A stretch of 63,883 nt of DNA, counting the filler, from Chiloscyllium plagiosum (Eukaryota), in NCBI RefSeq assembly GCF_004010195.1. It is 4 parts of one record of this genome, joined end to end, with 100 filler letters (N's around TTAATTAATTAA, not from the genome) between each part and the next. Parts side by side here need not be neighbours in the genome. Positions count along the whole stretch, not along the records: positions 21,494 to 31,878 come from NC_057715.1; positions 31,979 to 59,989 come from NC_057715.1; 2 more parts are not named here. The stretch is one strand, 5' to 3'. Below the pieces are notes generated by a model that worked only from the letters and a program-made list of their open reading frames with translations, was not told where the DNA came from and ran no database searches. The position numbers were made by a program, and so were the translations under genes. Below are positions 24,546 through 36,959 of the stretch, piece by piece. Every line of letters starts with the position of its first letter. The first letter of the stretch is position 1.

Positions 24546-25672
24546 TATTTCTTGTGTCATGCCTGTTCATTTCATCAGTTTCCCATGTCCACCTGAAGAT
24601 TCCTCAATGTTTACTGTGGCCTGAATTTTCTGATTTGTGTCAGAATCTCTATTTCAGGTCCATATCAATATGAAATTTACCCACTTACCTCTGGAGTACT
24701 TTCCAAGGTGAACTTGTGGACTTACACCCTTCCTGGCTGAAGCTGTACAGTCCAGGAAACAATGCTGTAGCAGTGGAGAGGATCGGTGCTGACACCACTT
24801 TCTCTTTGTCAGCAGTCTGTGCTGTGTTCTGTCGTTTAAAAGATCCAAAGCCACTGAGATAGTTACAGAGGGAAGGTTAGTATTTAAGTTGAGTGGGAGG
24901 GGGAAATAGAGTAATTGCTGGTTAGGGTAGAAGGATGTCAGGTCATTTAAAAGTGCAGGTACCAGGTTGGTCGCAGGTTGGGTGACTGGTGAGTGGAGCT
25001 GGTGATGGAGAGTTAAATCAACTCAAATTGTGCAAGGGTGAATGTTGGATCTGTGGGAAGCCTGTGTGGTCAGGTAAGGACAATTGTTGGGTTTCGAGTA
25101 GATATAGAAAGGCTTGTTTGTATGGAAGAGATTAGTTCTCTGGAGAACCAAGGGTAGCACTGTGGCTTGGGAACAGGAGTCTGTTAGGATCTGGGGTTAA
25201 TTTGATTGGGAGTTTTTTGAGTCCAGCTGCGGGGCCATTAGATGTACATTGAGAGTCAGTGAGGACATCAAGTGGTGGTTGTCAGTAGTGATTCAAGGGG
25301 ATTACTTTTATAGTTATTCAGGAGGCAGGGAAGGTTTTACTCACTACATATTTTCTTGTCTATTCTTGAAGGAATTTTTAGAAGATTTCAGATGTCAGGT
25401 ATTTGATGATTGGAAATCCCTTGGAATCAGCTGTCTAAGGATCTTTAGGTGATCCTGATGCACAACTCAAGTCTATGCTTCAGCCACAACCATCTTTCAA
25501 CTATCTGGGCCATTATTTCTGAATTTAATGTCATCTGGAAACTTTGAAATTGGCCAATCTCTAAGTTGATGTTCCAGGTAGCAAGACTGTGGATCTGAGG
25601 GGGGCTCCTGGTTTGTGAATTTTGGGTAATCTGTAGAAGCATGGTGTGTTATTTATTTTTCCAGATTTCTGA

Positions 25673-27095
25673 GGTTTTTTGAGTAGGGCTATGATTCAGT
25701 TCTCAAGGTGTGGGGTCGGGTCAGATCGGGTCTAAGGCCACTTGTTGGTAAGTGTTGGTATCTGCAAGCAGTATGTTCGCTTTTTCAATTTCTTTTAGTC
25801 TTCCTAGTGCTTTCCTTACTTGTGTATTGAGTGTGTTTCCTTCCTTTTTCCTGCTTAATGTTGGTGCAACTACTGGTCTGATAGTTTGCTGGGTTTCTTC
25901 TTTGAGTTGGATGTCTTTCAGTGTTGTTTATAATGCTGCTAAGAAACCTTTCTTGTCTGCATCCTGCAAACTGTAATTTAATCCTCTTGTTAAGACGGCT
26001 TTTTCAGTGTCCGTTAAGGGTCGGTCAGATAAGTTTTCTATCCATGCTTTTGTGTTGTCAGTGTTGTTATTTTGTGTAAGTTTGTCTAGTTTTTTTCATT
26101 TTCTGTATTTCTCGCTGTCTAATATCTATGGCTTGTTGTACTGTGACTGTCCGTTCACGGCCTGTTGCATGAGTGAGCAAATATTTTTGGTGCAAAATAT
26201 CCTGATTGTATTTACGGAGTCTGTTGAGGGCATCATTAATCATTTCTCTAAGCATTCTGAGGCCGTTTTGTTCTGCTATTCTTTTGGCTAGTGGCATGTT
26301 AAGGAGCAGTTTGTACTTAAAACATGTAGGTAGTACCTGTTTTCTTAGGCATTTGTGCAGGAAGTACAGGTGTTCGCGGGTGATGGTCTGTCGGATGGCA
26401 TTTGTTTCCAATTTTTGGGTCAGTTTTAGCATATATTGCCCATTGGTGTTAGCAAGTTTTGAGAAGGTTTGTAGCTGAGGTTGAGGTTCTGGATGTAGGT
26501 TTGCTCGCTGAGCTGGAAGGTTCATTTTCAGACGTTTCATCACCATACTAGGTAACATCTTCAGTGAGCCTCTAGACACTGCTGGTGTTTCCTGCTTTCT
26601 ATTTATATGTTTGGGTTTCCTTGGGTTAGTGATGCCATTTCCTGTGATGATGTCATTTCCTATAGTGACGTCATTTCTTGTTCTTTTTCTCAGGGGGTGG
26701 TAAATGGGGTCCAAGTCAATGTGTTTGTTGATAGAGTTTCGGTTGGAGTGCTATGCTTCTCACAAATATCCTTACATACAGATAAGGAAGGATACTACTT
26801 CGACTGGGACAACACATCCATCCTAGGACAAGCTAAACATAGACATGCACGAGATTTGATAGAAGCATGGCATTCCAACCGGAACTCTATCAACAAACAC
26901 ATTGACTTGGATCCCAAAAGAACCCGAAGTGACATCATAGGAAATGACATCACCAACCCAACGAAACCCAAACATATAAATAGAAAGCAGGGAACACAGG
27001 CAGTGCTTCGTCCAGAGAATCACTGAAGATGTTACCTAGTACGGTGATGAAATGTCTGAAAATGAACCTTCCAGCTCAATATGAGCAAACCTACA
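25673..27095 (-). mobile_element. Penelope-like element (family A, Poseidon-type): partial tandem with inverted terminal segment (~26761-27095)
   Basis: ORF end, pseudo-LTR, then start of the next ORF (IENLSDRPLTDTEKAVLTRGLNY); inverted GIY-YIG tail (FDWDNTSILGQAK..AR.LIEAWHS); imperfect TSD at 25660-25672 / 27096-27108. Confidence 0.85.
26528..26567 (-). ncRNA. Minimal hammerhead ribozyme motif (PLE family A)
   Basis: UCA-CUGAAGA-U-GUUACC(UAGUAU)GGUGAU-GAAACGUC-UGA. The plus-strand copy at 27020-27059 has ACGT changed to ATGT. Confidence 0.75.
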
Positions 27096-27339
27096 TCCAG
27101 AATTTTGAAATTGTATTGTGCCTGTATATCTAAGATCAGAATGTTACAATCATAGTAAAAATGAACCTGAGTCATTCATGGATTAAAGCGACACTTAATC
27201 CAGGCAACTATTGATGTAACATAGCTGCTGTGATCTCTTGATTATGGATTGAGCTAAATTTTGTGAAACCATTGTGTGAAATACAAAACCGCTCTGCGCT
27301 GAAATTACATTTCATCCAAAGACATTGTAAATTTGCATC

Positions 27340-27682
27340 ATCGAATCATGGAGTAGAATTCCTATAATGTGGAAGCAGACCATTTGGTCCATCAAGTCCT
27401 TGCCAACCCTCCGAAAGAAATTGCACCCAGACCCCCGCCCCCCCCCCCCCCCCCCCCCAACCCCTATTCCAGTAACCTGACATTTCCCAAGGCTAATCCA
27501 CCTAGCCTGGACATTATGGGCAATTATCGTATCTTTGGACTGTGGGAGTAAACTGTAGCACCCAGTGCAAACCCAAGCAGACATGCAAACTGCACACAGA
27601 TACTTATCTGAGACTGGAATTGAGCCCAGGTCCCTGATGCTGTCGGACAGCAGTGCTAACCACTGAGCTACCATGCCACCCT
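27340..27682 (-). mobile_element. HE1-type V-SINE
   Basis: tRNA-like head (TAGCTCAGTGG A box, GGCTCAATTCC B box), V-domain-like centre, CR1-like tail. Confidence 0.85.
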
Positions 27683-27851
27683 AACAAGAAATTTGTGTAC
27701 TGTTTACCTCATATTATAAGATGAAAATCTTGTCTGCATTGTGACTAGCTTGGAAAAATAATGAACAGATTCAAGAATATACAAATGAACCTATATCAAC
27801 AGCTGCTTGGGACAGCAAAGGAGAGACTAGAAAAATCAGGTTGTTAAGCAA

Positions 27852-28943
27852 GAGCTTCAGTAAGGTGTTCGACAAGGTTCCTCATGGTGGAATGGTTAGC
27901 AAGGTTAAATCACGTGGAATACAGGGAGAACTAGCCATTTGGATACAGAACTGGCTTGAAGAGAGGGTGGTGGTAGAGGGTTGCTCTTCAGACTGGGAGC
28001 CTGTGACCAGCGGTGTGCGACAAGGATCGGTGTTAGATCCACTGCTTTTCTTCATTTATATAAATGATTCAAAAGTGAATATAGAAGATAGAGTTCGTAA
28101 GTTTCCAAATTATACCAAAATTAGAGGTGTAGTGGACAGCAAAGAAGATTACCTCAGAGTACAATGGACCCTTGATCAGATAGGCCAATGGAATGAAGAG
28201 TGGCAAATGGAGTTGAATTTAGATAAATGTGAGGTGTTGCATTTTGGAAAGACGAATCAGGGCAGTTCTTATTCACTTAATGGTAAGGTCCTGGAGAGTA
28301 TTGCTGAACAATGAGACCTTGAAAGTGGAGTCGCAGATAGATAGGATAGTGAAGAAGGCATTTTGTATGCTTTCCTTTATACAGGAATTGGGCTGTACAG
28401 GACATTGGTGTGGCCACTTTTGGAATATTATGTCCAATTCTGGACTCCCTCCTATAGGAAGGATGCTGTGAAACTTGAAAGGGTTCAGAAAAGATTTACA
28501 AGGATATTTCCAGGGTTAGAGGGTTTGAACTACAGGGAGAGGCTGAACAGGCTGGGGCTGTTTTCCCTGGAGCATCGGAGGCTGAGGGGTGATCTTACAG
28601 AGTTTTTAAAATCATGAGCTTGAATAGGATAAATAGATAAGATCTTTTCCCTGTGGTGGGGGAGTCCAGAACTAGAAGGCATAGGTTTAGGGTGAGAGGG
28701 GAAAGATATAAAAGGGACCTAAAGAGGCTGGTGTGTGTATGGATGAGTTTGCCAGAGGAAATAATGGAGGCTGGTACAACTACAACATTTAAAAGGCATC
28801 TGGATGGGTGTATGAATCGGAAGGGTTTAGAAGGATATGGGTTAAGTGCTGGCAAGTGGAACTAGATTAGCTTTGGATATCTAACTGACATGGACAAGTT
28901 GTACTGAAGGGTCTGTTTCCATGCTGTACATCTCTGACTCTAT
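27852..28943 (+). mobile_element. CR1 LINE, 5'-truncated (RT C-terminal half and tail)
   Basis: FSKVFDKVPH, VTSGVRQGSVL, KCEVLHFG, LEYYVQFW, LERVQKRFTR. Confidence 0.92.
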
Positions 28944-29272
28944 AACTGGAAGGCACTCTTTCTCTCTGCCTGTCATTCTCATTTAAGTCAATGATTGGTG
29001 AAACAATAACTTAAGGAAACAACCATTCACTGAGAACTCAGGGATATCTTAAAATTTTGCTTTGGCTATTATAATCCCAATCTAAGATCCTCTATTGTCC
29101 TTGAATCCCTTAGGAATGCACACTATATGCTGTCATGTACTAACTATTCTGCTGGTTGTCAGTTGGCGAAAAATGATGATTAACAGAAAAAATCACAGTA
29201 GTTTAAATTCGTTGGACACAAATTATTTAATTTTTTTTCACTTTTGACAACAGTTTAAAAGCCTCTATCACC

Positions 29273-29627
29273 AGAGAATCATTACAGTGCAGAGGCCGCC
29301 ATTCAGCCCATCAAGTCTGCACCAACCTTCTGAAGGGCATCCCACCCAGATGCCCCACTTCTGTATCCCCATTACCCCACATTTACCATGGCTTATTCAC
29401 CTAGCTTGTGCATCCCTCGACACTATGGGGCAGTTTAACATGACCAATCCACGTGACTTGCACATCTTTGGACTGTGGGAGAAAATGAGACCATTTGGTG
29501 GAAACCCATGCAGACACTGGGAGAATGTAAAACTCCATGCAGATAGATAGTCACCCAAGGCTGGAATCAACTCTGGCTCCCTGGCACTGAGAGGCATCAG
29601 TGCTAACAACTGTACTGCCAGGCAGCC
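29273..29627 (-). mobile_element. HE1-type V-SINE (older copy)
   Basis: Colinear with 44462-44796 and the reverse of 53426-53737. Confidence 0.8.
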
Positions 29628-30277
29628 CCTCTCTCTTCCTTCAAACCCTAATGCCCATCAAAACAAACCCCAGTATCTTCCCACATTTTAAACAGCCTTC
29701 TCAGCAGCCTTCACTTCATTTTCTAAATTGTTTCACCTTTTGATGCGTTACAGTGATACTGAAGCTGAGATCAGGAGCTTAGCAGTATTAGGAGTCAAAT
29801 CTTCCCATCATTCTGTGACAACACGTAACATTATCATTTCACTTGTCTTATTTGCAGCCCTTCTTAAATCATTATTATTTAATGCAGCATGTTCTATTAC
29901 TAGCTAATGGATCAACTGTAGATGTCTCATATACTTCAATTAGCTTAATTGTAAATAGCTGAGCAGTTATCAGCAAAAATATTATATATAGTTGGCTTTC
30001 AAATTTTGTGATACACCATTGCATGCATTTTCCAAAACTTTATTGATGATATGTTCCGTATTGAAGATTTGACAACATAATGCAAAATAAAGCTGAGCAA
30101 ATGGAAATCCATCTATGAATTTTTGAACATGTAGCATACCATGACTAGTTTCTAAATTATGATCAGATAATTATAAACTGGTGAAGTACACCAAATAAAA
30201 GAGCTCAGTTTATGTTCTGTACAAGGTATTTTATCATGTACATTAGCATTTAGTTTAATCTGATATGATTGGGAATT

Positions 30278-31878
30278 TTTAAAAATAATATATTTTTATT
30301 AAGAAAAATTAGATTTTTAAATATTACAACAAATACAAAACAATGCAGTTCAAAACAGTACAAAAATAGTACAAAACTAAACCCAAATAATAAAAAAAAA
30401 TTCCCAACCCACCCTCCTATATGAATGTATAAACATATATAGAGAAGTATAAAATTAAAAAAAACCTAAACTAGCTATTTAACTAACTAACTAAATACCT
30501 AACAACAAACAAATAAATAGTAATAACTCAGCCCAACCAAACAAAACACTTATACATTCATAGTTCCTCCTCCCTGGATATTGGACTCATGAAACACAAT
30601 TGTTGCGGCTTTTTAAAAGCCCTTGTTAGTGTGGCAGATAAATCTGTGTCCAGGTATTTCAAAAAGGGTTGCCATGTCTTGTAAAAATTCTCAGTTTTGT
30701 GGTGTACCATATTTGTGAGAAAATCCAGGGGAATATACTCCATAACAATTTTCCGCCAACCCGACAGGCCTGGGGGGTTTTCTGACATCCAACCTAGCAA
30801 GATATTCTTCCTTGCACAGAATGTAAGAATATTGAAACGTTTTGCCTTATGCAAATCTGCAGGAAATACAATGGGTAGGCCCAAAAGGAGCAAAATAGGG
30901 TCCTTCTCCACCCCTACATCTAAAATCCTCTCCATTGCACCCACCTTAGCGCTTCAATATGTTTGAAGCCTGTCACAAGACTAAAGACAATGGGTAAGAG
31001 TACCCATACAGACTTTGCACTTGGGGCATGCTGAAGATACCCCTGGTTTAAATTTTGACAAACTGTCTGGGGCTAGTGGACTCTGTGGAGAATCTTCAAC
31101 TGTAAAGCATGGGCCCTATTGCAAATTGATATCTTCCTTGCATTCTCCCAAATATCCTCCCATGCCTCTGAAGAAACTTCAACACCCAGCTCTCTTTCCC
31201 ACATCTTGCAGAGTCGATCAGACTCATCTGAGGTGGCACCCCCCCAATTGGTGATATAGAGTACTGACAGAGAGTGTACTCTTAGCCCTTAGTACCCCTC
31301 TTTCTATGTCAGATTTGTAGGGATCAGTCAAAAGTGTGGTCCTTTTTTGAATAAAATCCCTAACTTGAAAAAAACGAAAGAGGACTCTATTAGGTAACTC
31401 GTACTTCCATACTAACTGATCAAAAGACATCATTACATCTCCCTCATATAAATCACCCAAACAAGATATACCCCTAGCTGCCCAACATTTAAATCCTGAA
31501 TCTATCATACCTGGTTGAAAACTCGGCATACCCACTAAAGGTGTAAACAAAGATGTTTTGCCAATATTACCTTCCCTCTCCGAATTGCCCTCCATGCTTT
31601 AACAGTATTGATGACTATTGGGTTATGGCAATATTCCCTAACTGTCCTCACCTTGTCCAAAAACAGCAAACTGGTAAGAGGCACCTTGCCTGGGAGACTT
31701 TGAGATCTAGCCATATTGAAAGAGGGTCCCCACAAACCCAATCACTTACGTAGGTCAAAAGCGAGCTTAATTGGTAATTTTTAATGTCCGGAAGTTCTAC
31801 TCCCCCCAGTCTGTGAGGCAACTGCAGTTTGGCTAATTTAATGAGGGGCCGTTTACGGTGCCAGATAAAGGAGCTGAA
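30278..31878 (-). mobile_element. L1-clade LINE ORF2 3' end, cut by gap
   Basis: LPQTGGVELPDIKNY, LFRFFQVRDF, CCHC knuckle CPKCKVCMGTLTHCL*SC, FYKTWQPF; T-rich 3' UTR with AATAAA near 30296-30301. Confidence 0.85.
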
Positions 31879-31978
31879 NNNNNNNNNNNNNNNNNNNNNN
31901 NNNNNNNNNNNNNNNNNNNNNNTTAATTAATTAANNNNNNNNNNNNNNNNNNNNNNNNNNNNNNNNNNNNNNNNNNNN
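31879..31978. other. Assembly gap with artificial TTAATTAATTAA linker
   Basis: 44 N + linker (31923-31934) + 44 N. Confidence 0.97.
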
Positions 31979-32106
31979 ATCAAGGGTTATGGAGATAAGG
32001 CAGGAACAGGATACTGATTATGGATGATCAGCCATGATCATATTGAATGGTGGTGCAGACTCGAAGGGCAGAATGGCCTACTTCTGCACCTATTGTCTAT
32101 TGTCTA
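31979..32106 (+). mobile_element. CR1 LINE 3' tail
   Basis: GATCAGCCATGATC...GGCAGAATGGCCTACTTCTGCACC followed by (TATTGTC)n. Confidence 0.85.
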
Positions 32107-33228
32107 AATGTGGCGGAGACTGAGGAATTCGGAATAAGGGATGGCATTTTTACAGGATGTAGGGTGGGAGGAGGTGTAGTCTAGGTAGCTGTGGGAGTCG
32201 GTGGGCTTATAGTATATGTCTGTGTTTAGTTTATCACCAGAGACAGAGATGGAGAGGTCCAGGAATCGGAGGGAGGTTGCCGAGATGGTCCAGGTGAATT
32301 TGAGGTCAGAGTGGAAGGTGTTGGTAAAGTTGACAAAGGGAGGAGGTAGAATCGGGCAGTGCGGGCTGACAGGCAATACCGTTGGAGGCTGTGGATGGGA
32401 AATCCCTAGAGGTGATGAGGTTGTGGATGGTCTAGGAGATGATGGTTTGGTGATGGGAGGTGAGATCATGGTCGAGGGGGCAGTAGGAGGAGGTGTCTAA
32501 GAGTTGGTGTCTGGCTTCAACAGTGTAGAGGTCAGTGCGCCACCCTACTACTGCACGCTCCTCGTCTGTGGGTTTGATGGTGAGCTTAGGGTTGGAGCAG
32601 AGCAAGTGGAGGGCTGCGCGTTGTGAGGGCGAGAGATTGGAGAGGGTGAGGCAGTTGGACAGGTTGAGGTGGTCAATGTCACGACGGCAGTTAGAAATGC
32701 AGAGGTCAAGGGTAGATAGCAGGCCAGCACGGGGTGTCCAGGTGGATGGGGTGTGTTGGAGGCGGGAGAAGGGGTCCTTGGTGGGAGTCTTGGTTAAAAA
32801 CATAGGCAGAAGTGGCGTAAGAAGTGTTCAAGGTTGCAGCGTGTGTCTAACTCATTAATCTAGGACCATAGAGGGATAAAGGCGAGGCCTTTACGAAGGA
32901 CTAAATGGGGGAATGGTGAAGACATGGCAGGGCTGGGAGCTAGGACCTGGGACCTGGAGTGGGGCTAGACTTCAAAGTTAGGGGACAGAGACGGTTGCTT
33001 GAGTGGGCATGGTTGAAAGGTCAGGAGTGATGTCACCAAAGGAAGTGACACTCACAAAGGGTGGCAGAAATAGTGTTTATGGCTGTGTTAACAGTGGTGG
33101 AAATGATGTCACAGACAGTGAGGGCAACGTTACAGTTGGGTACTTGGCTGTTGACGTCACTGATGGCGGTAGTGATGTCAACCATAGAGCCTTCCAGCAG
33201 GGCAGAAGTGACTGCAGTGGCGGCAACT
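32107..33228 (-). mobile_element. Penelope-like element (Neptune-type) ORF fragment, internally deleted
   Basis: NLSPSQRAALHLLCSNPKLTIKPTDE, FLDLSI, YYKPTDSHSYLDYTSSHP; homologous to 58990-59989. Confidence 0.88.
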
Positions 33229-33900
33229 GTGGGAATGTACCGTCAGATAAGGTAGTAGAAGCAGGTATAGTAGCGACATTTAAGAGGCATTTTGACATAC
33301 ACATGAATACACAGGGAATAGAGGGATAAGGACCATGTAGAAGTGAAATAGTTTTTAGTTTAGAAAGGCAACATGTGTTGGGGCAGTTTTGGTAGGCCAA
33401 AGAGCCTATTCCTATGCTGTACTATTCTATATTTTATTGAATTCAAATTTCACCATCCAGCATGGAAGGATCTAAACTCGTCCTCATAACATTAGTCTTG
33501 GATTCTAGATTACTAGTCCAATGACAGCATTGATGTGCCACCATCTCCCCAGGGATTTCCAAAAGACATTCAATAAGGTACAGCAAGTAAGGCTACTTAA
33601 TAAGATAAGAGCACATGGTTTTGAATAGTCTCTTGACATGGATAGAAGATTGGCTAATTAACAGAAGGTAGCAAATTGAGGTAAAGACTCATTTTCATGA
33701 TGATTTTGTAACTAATGAAGTATTACAGGAATCATTTCTGGGGTGGCAATTTAGAATGTATATTAATTACTTGGATAACACAAAATTAGCTGGGAGGGCA
33801 AGTAGTAAGGATAACAGATTAAACCTTCGAAGGATCTATGGAGCGGTTAAGTGAATGAAGGGCAAAAGCACTTGGCAGATGCACTACAATATGGAAAATG
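33229..33900 (+). mobile_element. CR1 fragments (3' end 33229-33430; decayed RT 33552-33900) with an intervening SINE remnant
   Basis: VVEAGIVATFKRHFDIHMN and DFQKTFNKV...WIEDWLINR. Confidence 0.7.
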
Positions 33901-33929
33901 CCACACCAAATCCTTCTGAAAAATCTATA

Positions 33930-34170
33930 TTGTTCTAATTCTGGTCTCTTGGCAACATCTTGACTTCATTGTTATACCACTGGTGGCTAGACCTTCAGCT
34001 GCCAAGGATCTAAGCTTTGGGATTATTTCCAGAAACGTCTCTGCCTCTGTCCTTCACTATAAAATTTAAAACTTCTCAAAACCAAGTTCTTTCACCAAAT
34101 ATTTTTGCCATCTGCTTTGATATCTCCTTCCATGTTAAATTGAACTTTATAGTATTGCTGTACCTCAGGA
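33930..34170 (+). mobile_element. L2-like LINE 3' remnant
   Basis: Decayed GG..FS....KLW..FP..L...K.LKT..F pattern typical of L2 ORF2 ends. Confidence 0.45.
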
Positions 34171-35636
34171 TGTTTACTTATAAGTGAAAAAAAAGTTAAT
34201 TGTAATGATAGTTGTAGTATAGGTACTATAAGTTTTTAACTTTGTAATGGATTTATAAATCTAGGACTTTGGGGTATGGACTGACATAGTTTACAAAAAG
34301 GAAGGTACTGACTTAAAAATGACCTTTTAATGATCACCTGATAACAACCTGAGCTAAGCTTCCTGAAGTCAATGTAGAATAAACAAAGTCATCTGAACTG
34401 ATTTTGCCTTTTGTTTCAAAGGGACTGAAATCAATCAGGCTTGAAGAAAATTATAGTTCTTATTTTTAGTTTCGACCTGTATGATAACTTTTACAGATTA
34501 GAGATGAACGATTCACCTCCAATTATCCATCTTGAGAACAGGTGGCAATACTCTGACATGGTAATGCACAAACCCTTCTCTGCACCATACCATCCACCAA
34601 GATTTCCAGATCATTGTCTGGAAAGCAGGGTACCAACATTCCCTGTTTGTTGGATCTGCGGCATTCCCACATTAACAGGGCAGATCCGACTGCCAGTGCT
34701 TCACAAGGCGAATATTGACCTTTTAAATATGGCACTAGCACCTAGGATATTCTGACAGCAAGTGGGAGAATCTAGCTAGCTTTGAATGAGAAGGGCACCA
34801 GATAAATTTGGGAAGAGAATTCAAAAAATCTCACAAGGCTCATGGAGAGAAACTCTCCATGAAACACAATGGCAAGTTTCAGCTCATATTATTGTGCATA
34901 AATATCTATCAGATAGTCCAAAACCATAACGTCCATGTTCAATTTCTAAAGTTGCGCTTGTTAGAAAGGTGTACATGTATACTGTACCTTTAAGAGAGAC
35001 AGGAAGCTAGCAAGGACTGACTGAAAGCACAGAGTGTGCTGATCACTTAAAATGTAACATTTGTTTGAAACAAATAGCTGGAGTTATGTTGCCATGTTAC
35101 AAAAAAAATTCAATTCCGGCCAATCAGTTTAAATTATGCCCTAGAGACTAAAACCCAATCAAATTTGAATTTTACTGTTTGTGATGACATCAAACTAATT
35201 AAATGATCCAATGTTTTAGGGTATAAAACTGGACATTTTGAATAGTTAGGAGAGAACACCAAAGAGTACGAACAAGTACAGCTAGCTGAATAGCTCTCTG
35301 AAAGGTACCTGTCCATAAGAAAGGTTGTGCAGCAGAAGACCGAAGAAAAAAAACAACACAGGAAAACACAGACGAAATTCTCCAGAGGAGAATCGACAAA
35401 GCTGGCTGGTTTTGAAACATTTTTTTTTGTAAATCTTAATTGTGGTTTTTCTTATCAGACCAGTATTGTAGAGTGGGAGGTAGAAGATTGATTTAAGAGA
35501 AAGGAGTTGTAAATAGTTGTTAAATGTTCTATTGCAGACTTAAAGAATAAAATTGTTCATTTTTACTTTAAATAGTGATATCTGAGATGGTTCTTTATGG
35601 GATATATGTTTGCTCGCTGAGCTGTAGGTTTGATAT

Positions 35637-35676
35637 CCAGACGTTTCATTACCTGGCTAGGTAACATCATCAGTGG
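35637..35676 (-). ncRNA. Minimal hammerhead ribozyme motif
   Basis: CCA-CUGAUGA-U-GUUACC(UAGCCA)GGUAAU-GAAACGUC-UGG. Confidence 0.8.
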
Positions 35677-36733
35677 CGACCTCCAAGTGAAGCGAAGCTG
35701 TTGTCTCCTGCTTTCTATTTATATGTTTGTCCTGGATGGGGTTCCTGGGGTTTGTGGTGATGTCATTTCCTGTTCGTTTTCTGAGAGGTTGATAGATGGT
35801 ATTTAGATCTATGTGTTTGTTTATGGCGTTGTGGTTTTAGTGCCAGGCCTCTAGGAATTTTGTGGCATGTCTTTGCTTAGCCTGTCCCAGGATAGATGTG
35901 TTGTCCCAGTCAAAATAGTGGGTTTTTTCATCCGTGTGTAGGGCTACGAGGGAGAGAGGGTCGTGTCTTTTTGTGGCTAGCTGGTGTTCATGTATCCTGG
36001 TGGCGAGCTTTCTTCCTGTTTGTCCTACATAGTGTTTGTAAATGACATTGGTTTTGTCCTTGGGTTGTACTGGGTCTTTTAAGTTTGTTAGTTTTTGTTT
36101 GAGAATGTTGGTGGGTTTGTGTGCTACTAGGATTCCGAGGGGTCTTAGTAGTCTGGCTGTCATTTCTGAAACTTCTTTGATGTATGGTAAGGTGGTTAGG
36201 GTTTCTGGCTGTATTTGGTCTGCTTGTCATGGTTTGTTCTTGAGGAATCTGTGGACTGTATTTTTTGAGTATCTGTTCTTCTTGAATACGTTGTATAGGT
36301 GGTTCTCCTCTGTTTTTGTCCTCCATGGACAAAACCAACGTCATCTACAAAATTCCATGCAAGGACTGCTACAAACACTATGTAGGACAAACAGGAAGAA
36401 AGCTCGCCACCAGGATACATGTACACCAGCTAGCCACAAAAAGACACGACCCACTCTCCCTCGTAGCCCTACACACAGATAAAACAAACTACCATTTCGA
36501 CTGGGACAACACATCTATCTTGGATCAGGCTAAGCAAAGACATGTCAGAGAATTCCGAGAGGCCTGGCACTAAAACCACAACGCCATAAACAAACACATA
36601 GATCTAGATACCATCTATCAACCTCTCAGAAAACGAACATGAAATGACATCACCACAAACCCCAGGAACCCCATCCAGGACAAACATATAAATAGAAAGC
36701 AGGAGACAACAGCTTCGCTTCACTTGGAGGTCA

Positions 36734-36773
36734 CCACTGATGATGTTACCTAGCCAGGGAATGAAACGTCTGG
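36734..36773 (+). ncRNA. Minimal hammerhead ribozyme motif
   Basis: Same as 35637-35676 with one helix II mismatch. Confidence 0.7.
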
Positions 36774-36959
36774 ATATCAAACCTACAGCTCAGCGAGCAA
36801 ACCTACACCCTAAACCTCAACCTGAGCTACAAACCTTGCATGGTTCTTTATCTCTTGAAATCTAACAGATTATGGTACGAGGGGAGCTTTTCTGTGTGTC
36901 GGGTTTAAATTAGCGGAGTGGTTTACCCTGTGTCATAACACACTAGATAGCAAAAGTGT

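Larger units (their letters stand above)
35599..36839. mobile_element. Penelope-like element (family A-related) 3' end as an inverted repeat
   Basis: GIY-YIG motif NVIYKIPCKDCYKHYVGQTGR...EAWH, with homologous arms on both strands; junction ~36323; 12-bp TSD ATGGTTCTTTAT at 35587-35598 and 36840-36851. Confidence 0.92.
34959..36940 (+). mobile_element. Solo LTR (~730 bp) interrupted by a PLE
   Basis: TGTTA...TAACA termini; 4-bp TSD CGCT/CACT (one CpG-type change); TATAAAA 35222-35228; AATAAA 35546-35551. Confidence 0.75.

Noticed and set aside
26067..26714. 215-aa minus ORF as a host gene
   Set aside because: It reads from a PLE ORF end through the pseudo-LTR into the start of the next PLE ORF.
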